Origin: the human T2T-CHM13v2.0 reference genome, Homo sapiens
Length of the DNA stretch: 64,000 nucleotides
Assembly (NCBI RefSeq): GCF_009914755.1
Contig: NC_060935.1
Strand: one strand, 5' to 3'
The notes under the pieces: model-generated
What the model was told of the DNA's origin: nothing
The model's database searches: none
What the model saw: only the letters and a program-made list of their open reading frames with translations
In this document: positions 53,178-64,000 of the stretch, in pieces
How the letters are laid out: each line of letters begins with the position of its first letter
Numbering within the stretch: the stretch's first letter is position 1
Program-made: the position numbers and the translations under genes

Positions 53178-53286
53178 GATAGAAGATATTGAACATTTTT
53201 GTATTTGGTGGGGAGAGAGCTCAGAGGGAGGAAGAAATAGAAGATGCAGAAGAGGATGGACTAATTGATGGAGCAGAGTCTTTGAG
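53178..53286 (+). other. HIPK3: Alternative poison exon, 109 nt, matching the testis-specific HIPK3-T exon; reads DRRY* after exon 3
   Basis: T-run plus TAG acceptor, GAA-rich body, weak GAG|gttaaa donor and in-frame TGA at 53190-53192. Size and character match my recollection of HIPK3-T. Confidence 0.85.
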
Positions 53287-54582
53287 GTTAAAAAAACATC
53301 TTTGCACTTATTCTCAAATACAGGTTAGGGGAGTCAAGTTTTAGTAAGAAGGAAGGATGGAAAAACAATTTTAGCCCCCAGAGATCTCTCTCTTTGCTAA
53401 GCCCCTGTTTATCCCCCGTGTTTCCCACTCATTAAGTGGGGGAATCAATATTTCAGGGCCTACTGTGTACCATGCACTTTCATGGGCTCTGGGGGTATAT
53501 AAGTAAACAAAAAAATTCTTCCGTTCATGGAACTTAGAGTCTCATGGAGAGGTAAGAAAATGGAAAGTAAATGCATAGAATATTAGATAATGAAAAGCGC
53601 AGTGGAGAAAAATATAGCCAGGAGGATGGTGGGTGAGTTACTGAGAAGGGCAGAGTTTGCCGTTATTTATTGATGGGTCATGGAAGGCCTGGTCAATAAG
53701 GCAACATTTGAACCAAGAGCTGAAGGAAGCAAGAGAGCCATACAGATATCTAGGGGAAGAATGTTTCAAACAGAAATATTAAGTTCAGAAGCCCTGAAGC
53801 TGGAGTTTTTTAGTATCACCCTTGGGAGAGCCCATCAACTACCATGCCTCTTCCCCAAGAGACACAGCTGTGTATATATCAGTGTCTCAAAAAAGTGTTT
53901 CCTCCAAACTCCCACCATAGTAATTCACCCAGTGTTTATCAATCTAAATCTCTTTTGAATCCATTCCTTCCTCTCTATTCCCATTCAGTCTCTCAGTTCA
54001 GACCCTCTTCATCTCTTCTCTGGCCTTATCCCTTCACCCATTGTCAGACATTTCTTTAAAATGTAAGCTGTCAATTTCTTGCTGAAATTTTTCCAGTGGT
54101 TTCCCATTATTACCTCCTGGCATATAATCCAAATTTCTTAATTTGCTGATAAAGCCCTTTACCTGCTAGTTCAATTTCATCTCTTACCATTCTCTGTTAG
54201 TGACCCTCTGTACTTCCAGTCTTTGAATGTGAGGTTATTCTCTCTTGATTTTCTATATTTACACATACTATAACCTTGGCATAGTTTTTCTCCCCACTCT
54301 TTCAGTGCAAACTCCTATTTGTCCTTTAACACCAAACTTGAGGACCACCTCTTCTAGAATTTTACCTGACCACAATTACTTTAGGTATGCCTTTTCTATC
54401 AAGCATGCATTTATTATGATACTTATAATTCCACATTATAATTTTTTCCATATATGTTCTCCACTAGACAGTGCATTTCTTGAGGGCATAGACTATGTAT
54501 TTTCATACCTGACCTAACATATAGCCTAGTGTCTGACTTAAGTGTTCTGTCACATGAAAGAATAAACTATTCTGTTCTGTAA

Positions 54583-54723
<141 letters not shown>

Positions 54724-54828
54724 TAAAAAATAGAATATTTAGAAGACTAGTTTTCTAAGATGCCTCATATGCATGGATAATACCTTCCATGTCTATTTAC
54801 ATTTTACTATATTTCTTCCTTTTTTTGA

Positions 54829-55428
<600 letters not shown>

Positions 55429-55737
55429 TGATCCGCCTGCCTTGGCCTCCCAAAGTGCTGGGATTACAGGTGTGAGCCACTGTGCCCAGCCCCCTTCCTT
55501 CTTTAAGAAGAAAGCCCTCTTGGAATAACTTCACTAACTCTCTAATTCAGCAACATAATTATTAATTCATCTTAAATTAAAAAAACTTTTATGTGTATAA
55601 CTACATTTGTGTTGTGTGTTTATCTTCTCAGTTCTACATTATTACACTTTATAGGACAGGGAATGAATCTAACCACTTACTACATATCCCAAGTGTGCTA
55701 GGATCTTTGGAGGAATCAGTAAATCCTCAATAATTAA

Positions 55738-55988
<251 letters not shown>

Positions 55989-56207
55989 TGATCCACCCGC
56001 CTTGGCCTCCCAAAGTGCTGGGATTACAAGCGTGAGCCGCCGTGCCCGGCCTAGTTATTTTCTTTATGGGGTTTGTTACATTTGTAATATTTTTCTTGGC
56101 CTAAACCAAGCACTTCTCATTTTTTTTTTGCGTATACTTTAAAAAATACATTTTTGATAGTGTCTCTTTTGAAATTACTATTTGCCTTAGAATATTTAAT
56201 ATATTAG

Positions 56208-56450
<243 letters not shown>

Positions 56451-56868
56451 TAAATGGCTACAGAGTCCATGCTGTTTTTAAGTTTTTCAAATGAAACTGA
56501 TTCTATTTTCAACCTTTCAGGAACTAAATTGCATTTGTCGTTATCAAAATTTTAATTTACCTATTCGTTCTTTAGTAAAAAAGTTTTTGCTTTGAAAGGA
56601 AAAATCCTAGCCAACAGATTTCCCTATATTTCATTAGAAATGGATATTTGTTTAATTTTTAAAAACTTCTTTTATGCTTTGAATCCTATTTGGTACCTCA
56701 ACACATTTTGAGGATTTGTTAATATTATTTGTTCTTCTTTGTTTTAAGATAATTGTGGTTCCCTCTCCTCTCCTGTGTTGTGATTTTTGTTTTATTTTTT
56801 AACGGTGGAATTTATACTACTCTCTGTGACTTATTTTTACTTGATGGCTTGAAATTTTGATTTCTTAG

Positions 56869-57141
<273 letters not shown>

Positions 57142-57572
57142 TAAACACAAGTAACCTGAGTCAAAAGAGGCTAAGCTAACTTGACCAAGTTCACATACAC
57201 CAGTAAGTGTCAGGGAACTAGAACCCAAGTCTGAATTGCAGTCCAGTGTTCCTTCTCCAAAATGCGATACTAAAAATAAGACTGAGTGGTTTTGTTTTTA
57301 TTATACATGACTTTCTTACCTTAATAACCAGGCATATATAAAAGGAAATGCTAACAGTTTTCTCTTTAAAGTCACATTTCAGTTTTCCTACACTGTAGGT
57401 TCTATCATATTTTGAGTCGTGCAACTTCCATTTTACATTTTTTTTTCCCCACAACTTTTGCTTTCCTTTTTCCTCTTTTTCTCCTGCATTTTGAAGAAAA
57501 GGAGGTTTTTCATGGGTCAGTAGATCATAGGTCAGTAGGGAAGAATATATACTAAAATTCCAAAGGCCTTAA

Positions 57573-57955
<383 letters not shown>

Positions 57956-58463
57956 TGACTTAAAATGGCTTCCTTCAGTATTTAAAAAGACAAAATGAAG
58001 AAGGCATGGGAATGAATCCAATATTTATCATTGTGAATTGTTCTTAAAAATTACGTTTTTCTACAGCCCAGTTACATTTTCCCCTCAAACACTTAAAATG
58101 TCCTAATGTTTTTCATATACAGTCACTTTGAAAGTAACATGATAGCAACTCTTTGGTACTGTTAATTTAGTGGTGTGGAGATCTCGAAATTTCGGAAAAA
58201 GTTTTTCGTGTAGGGGATCGTAAAATTATTGCATGCTAACCAAAAAATGCTTACTGTGGTTTTACTGTTTTAAGAAAAATATTGCAGAATATATACTTTT
58301 ACTTGCTCTGAAACTTAATCTTTTCTGGTAAGATTTCCTGTTAGAAATACTATTGGAAATAAGCAGATTAAGTGCAAATTAGGATTTTTTTCTTTTAGGA
58401 ATAATTTTTTTATTTTGTCAATGTACCTCAATTTAAAACTAAGCTTTTAAAATAATACTGTAA

Positions 58464-58664
<201 letters not shown>

Positions 58665-59081
58665 TAATAACTTAGGGTCTTTTTTTAATGATTGCTCATT
58701 TTACTTTTGATATATACAGAAGTTTGGTGTCAGTTGTTAGAATGTACAGTGCTGTGAGGTCTTACTATACCTGTTTTTACCAAATCTCTTAAAATTCCAA
58801 GGTAATAATTGGAACATATCTACTCCGATTCACTTTTTTCCATTCCTCTCTTCATTCTCTCAATACCTTTCACCTGCCCTTCTATGCCACAACTCTACCA
58901 AAAGTAGAGGTCAGTAGAATCGGTTTTTAAATTTTAATTTCGGCAGCTTGTTTTTGTTCTCATTTTCTGGACACATTTTAATAGTAGAATTATGATCTTA
59001 AGAAATGTGTTTGAATTCTATTTATACAGCGTGTATATTTCATTTAGAAGACTGCTCTATATAATGTGCTCGTTGTTTCAG

Positions 59082-59205
59082 GCATTGACCACATCTGCTC
59101 ATTCAGTTGTGCACCATGGAATACCTCTGCAGGCAGGAACTGCTCAGTTTGGTTGTGGTGATGCTTTTCAGCAGACATTGATTATCTGTCCCCCAGCTAT
59201 TCAAG
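59082..59205 (+). CDS. HIPK3: HIPK3 exon 8 (124 nt): ALTTSAHSVVHHGIPLQAGTAQFGCGDAFQQTLIICPPAIQ
   Basis: gtttcag| acceptor, AAG|gtatta donor, in frame, HIPK-type LQAGT...FQQ.LI.CPP motif. Confidence 0.94.
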
Positions 59206-59254
59206 GTATTATTTTATTTAAATTTTGCTTTGAATCTAGGCATGCTTTATTTTA

Positions 59255-59470
<216 letters not shown>

Positions 59471-60760
59471 TTAGCTGGGTATGGTGGTGCGTGCCTGTAG
59501 TCCCAGCTACTCGGGAGGCTGAAGCTGGGAAATGGAGGTTGAAGCTGGAAAGTGGAGGTTGCAGAGAGCCGAGATTGCGCCACTGCGCTCTAGCCTGGGC
59601 GACAGAGTGAGACTCTGTCTCAAAAAAAAAAAAAAAAAAAAAAAAATTTAAGCTGTTCAATAAGCCTTCAGACCAGTGACACTCATTTCTTGACTGGAAC
59701 TCCGTTACAGTCATCACTAACAAAATGGGTCATATGATAACTGTATTTCCTGTAGAGTCTAGCATGATAAAATACCTTAATAGGAATGAATGAACTTGGG
59801 CTACAGGTTGGCCTATACTGGGTATCACTGTTTTAGACATTTAGCTACCAATACTAAACATAAAAGTGACTGAGAGCTCAGTTATTTAAAATTTTGGTCA
59901 AAAGAGTTTTGTCCCAAAATATTATAGTCTTTATTGATAGCTTAGGTAATAAATAATGGATTGATTTCAATTACATTAATGTCCCTTCATTAAATAAAAA
60001 TAGCCAATTAAATCCTCAAGCGGAATGGGTGACAGAATACCTTTGAAGAGGCTATACATTCTTTTTTTTTTTTTTTTGAGACAGAGTTTCACTCTTGTTG
60101 CCCAGGCAGGAGTGCAATGGCACTATCTCGGCTCACTGCAACCTGCAGCCTCCGCCTCCCGGGTTCAAGCAATTCTGCCTTAGCCTCCCGAGTAGCTGGG
60201 AAGCTGGGATTACAGGCATGCGCCACCACGCCTGGCTAATTTTGTATTTTTAGTAGAGACGGGGTTTTTCCATGTTGGTCTTGAACTCCTGACCTCAGGT
60301 GATCCACCTGCCTCGGCCTCCCAAAATGTTGGGATTACAGGGGTGAGCCACCATACCTGGCTGGCTATACATTCTTAAACTAGGAAATCTCTTAGTGGTT
60401 TCTAGGGAATCATAGCAGCAAACCTCACTACTGGAATAACTGGACTAAAACCCTACTTCCTAAGTCCTTTCCTGGGATTTTGTCCTTGCTAAGCTTTAAC
60501 ATCTAGTTAATGCAAGAGGTCAATTACAGATGGGGCCCTAAACCAACATGTCCAACTTAGTGGTGATACTGTACAGAGTAAATGAAAACAGTTGGTGCTG
60601 AGTCAGGACACCTGGAATCTAATTCTGTTTCTCCTGTTTGCTGTATCATTGTAGGCTAGCCTGTTTACTTATTTCAGCCTTAGTAGAAGGAAATAGCCTG
60701 AATAGATAATATATTGGCCATTTCTAACTCTAATATATTTTGATTCTGAAGGATTATTTG

Positions 60761-60764
<4 letters not shown>

Positions 60765-60804
<40 letters not shown>
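60765..60804. repeat. (TG)n microsatellite, about 20 units, in an antisense Alu tail
   Basis: Read directly. Confidence 0.96.
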
Positions 60805-60806
<2 letters not shown>

Positions 60807-63800
60807 TTTTTTTGAGATAGTGTCTTGCTCTGTTGCCCAGGCTAGAGTGTGGTAGCACGATCTTGGCTCACTGCACCTCCACCTCCTGAGTTCAGGTGAT
60901 TCTCATGCCTCAGCCTCCCAAGTAGCTGGGGTTACAGGTATGCACCACCACTCCTGGCTAATTTTTGTATTTTTAGTATGTACAGGGTTTCACCATGTTG
61001 GCCAGGCTGGTCTCGAACTCCTGACCTCAAGTGATCTGCCTGCCTCAGCCTCTCATAGTGCTGGGATTACAGTCATTAGCCGCTGCGCCCAGCCTCTGAT
61101 TTTTTAATTTTAAGCATTCAAGCAACTCTAAAACTTTTTTTATTTTAATATTTACCTCAGTACCAAATAAAAAACCAAGAATATGTTTGTTGACTTGATT
61201 TGCTGGTAATAAGAGATGTGAAAACAGGTCAGATCTTTAGTTACTGTTGTTCTATCGGGGTAGCTTTATTTTCATTGTTTTTATATATTGGATTTTCAAG
61301 TAATGTATCATTGGGAGAAGGATTTATATCATAGAAAGTATAATAAAAGGGCAACTTAGATGGTTGATTCTGAAGGTGAAATTGTGGCCCAGTGGCCACA
61401 GTGGTGGTCTGTGAGTATCTGTAACAGTGACATTTTTATTACTTTCTGGTAATAAAAATGCCCACATCATTGTAGTGTTAGGAATAATAGATGCTAACAA
61501 TATAATGCTGTTGTGTTTTTCAGTTTTTTCCCCCAAGTGTTTATTATAGGAATTTCAAACATACAGAAAAATTGAAAGAATAATATGTTTTCTACCCTAG
61601 ATTCAACAGGTGTTACTATTTTACCATATTTGCATTATCAATCTACCTACCTACCTACAGTGCACATACATGTACTATTTGAAATTAAATGGTAGATTTT
61701 ATGACACTACTTCTAAATACTTCAGCATGCAAGATTGCTGTTTAAAAATTTTTTTTAATCAGTTATTACTTGTGTTATCTTGACAAATGCATTTTCACTT
61801 AAATTTATAATCTGTACTAACAAGTAGGTTATTTGGTTCTAGTAATCCCTCCCATGTACCAAAATCAGTTTGAGGGTCACCACTTATACTGTGGTATATT
61901 TCACGAAGATTTAGAATAGCAGGTTTTTTTTCAGAGCCTAGCTTCTTTGGCAAAAACTTAAAGAGACTTCGGAGACACATTTCTAAACAGCATTGAGCAT
62001 AATTCTTAAAACATTTCAATGAGGTTAGAAAAATCTTTTATCTTTTTATATGGCTTATAATTGATGAAAAGTTAGAAACCTTTCTGTACATAAAGTAACA
62101 ACTATATCAGTGGTTTACAATATGGGATAATCGAAGGAAAAGAATTACTGTCACAGACTCATTAACCCATTAAATGTCATGAACAGCACTTTTGAATTAG
62201 AATTACTAGTGAGAAGAAGCACAATATGTTTTAGCTTTTATAACAGGTGCAGTTGCAGCAACAGGCCAGGCAGGCTCTGTAAGTATGTTGTTTCTCTTCT
62301 TAGTAGAGTGTCTGCCTTAGAAATGAAAGCACTCCCTCTACAGTCTTAGTATCTAACGGGTAGATGTTATATAGAAATTGTAATGTAGAAAATTTCAGCA
62401 TTGGGCTTCTTGCCCCTCCCCTTCATTTACCCTTTCCCTTCAGAATGTGTCAATCCATTTACAAGAAACATTTAAAAATAATTATTGGGCAGCTATTTGA
62501 GATAGTAATTATGGTACCATTGTGGTTTGTATTTTAAAATAAACTTTATCCCTTTGACTTAAAAATTTTACTTTGGAGCTATCATGTTTAAGTAATGCAT
62601 TTAATATATTTTAGATATTATAATATGTAGGTATAGGTATATAAATACTATATCCATAAGACTGTGCTTATTTTAAAAAGTCAGTTTATTTTTAAAAATC
62701 AGCTAAGCTTTTATTTAACATCTGAGTGTTTTATATATTAAACAAGCTTTTAAAATTATTTAGTGACCTGAAAAGTTAGGTATTCATCCCCTCTAGATGA
62801 CAACTACTATATTAGAGTAAAATATATTCCAGCAAAATTCTCTTCTGTTATACTAAAATAATATTCATAAGCTTTTTATGTCTTGTCTTCCAAGTATTAA
62901 AGCAAATATAATCAAAGATAAAGTTTCAGCTAACCTAATAACTAACTATACAAAAATTAAGATCTTATCCCACTGTTGAATCTGATCAAAAATTAGATCT
63001 CCTGTGGAGAGGGTATATAGGAGAATTCTTCTCATCTTAAGGCATTGCTTGTGGAGAGAATTTACAGACAATGAGATTTTTGTTCAGATTTGGAAATTTG
63101 CTCTCTCTGTTCATCCTTGTCAAAGTGAAGAGATTTTTTTTTTTCTTGAAGAGATTGTCTATATATTGCAATATATCTACACTGCCTGGGTGTGCTTATA
63201 TTCCATGTCTTGGAGAATTGGATGATCAAGACAGGCTTTTTAGCAGGAGTAAGAAGATTTTTATTAAACTTGACTCATACCTGGCTCTTTAGGTGGAGCA
63301 CAGAGAGTAGAATACCCTGGTATGGTAGTAAGGTAACAGTCTCAGTGAAGAAAATAAACAGGCTGAAATGGACATTCTCTTTAGGATTAACACTTACATC
63401 TGTGAAATAGAAAATTTGAGGTTGTTTTACAATAGAGAAAGAAAACAATTGTAGTATTTTTCTCTTATGCCTGAAGAGAAACACTCAACATCACATTTAT
63501 CCCCAAATTGATTATATTATATTTAAATAATTTGCAAGCCCATGTTGAAAGTAACTGCTGCAATAAACTGGAATTATGAAGTGCTGAAATGATTTTCATT
63601 AATGTACTTTCTGATCTTCGGGGATGTCCCTAAAATCTTGTCAAAACTTTAAGCTGGAATGTGATACTACTTTGCTCTCTCAGAGTTCAATATTATAAGA
63701 CTTAATATTTGCAAGGTGCTTTGCAGTGAAAACAGCTATATTAACATTATAGTAACATTAACAGGATTAACATGTCTGGTAATCCTGCTTTCTAATTTTC

Positions 63801-64000
63801 CTAGTGGGCAAGCAAAATGGTAGCATGTTTGTTCTGGAGTTTCAGCTCTCTGCTAAGAATACTAGTCAATTAAGCCACATTGCGGAAACCTTAGTTTTAT
63901 CATCAAATTGGTAAATAGGTTAGTTTTGCCTTTCCTTTGGAGGTTGAAATGAGTGTGCCATCCCGGAATTTTCATCCATTATGTGAACCATTATGTCCAT

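Larger units (their letters stand above)
51640..53340 (-). mobile_element. L2 remnant that hosts the poison exon, interrupted by MER30; further L2 fragments at about 53430-54570
   Basis: Purine-rich antisense L2 motifs similar to 37236-39250. Confidence 0.65.

Noticed and set aside
63293-63340. Possible small exon ctctttag|gtggagc...gtaag|gtaaca
   Set aside because: Short pyrimidine tract and no other support; indistinguishable from chance splice-like motifs.

Overview
This is primate genomic DNA, recognised from sequence as human HIPK3 (homeodomain-interacting protein kinase 3, + strand). It runs from late intron 1 to intron 8. Seven constitutive coding exons (2-8) splice in frame into 632 codons that include the whole DYRK-family kinase domain. 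Exon 2 (3872-4970, 1099 nt) is the known circHIPK3 exon, flanked by inverted Alus and followed by a 41-kb intron. A 109-nt purine-rich poison exon (53178-53286) matches my recollection of the testis-specific HIPK3-T exon and appears to derive from an L2. The rest is dense with Alus (about 50), L1, L2, LTRs and DNA transposons, including a full-length Tigger1 split by six Alus. Nearly all other ORFs in the track are Alu artefacts. I found no new multi-gene system. The best leads are RNA-processing or regulatory: a circle-specific ORF, a recursive-splice-like exon 2 start, a CpG-retaining solo LTR, candidate cryptic and micro-exons, an HRE-core cluster, and several DNA-repair scars. Repeat family names come from recalled consensus sequences and repeat boundaries are approximate.
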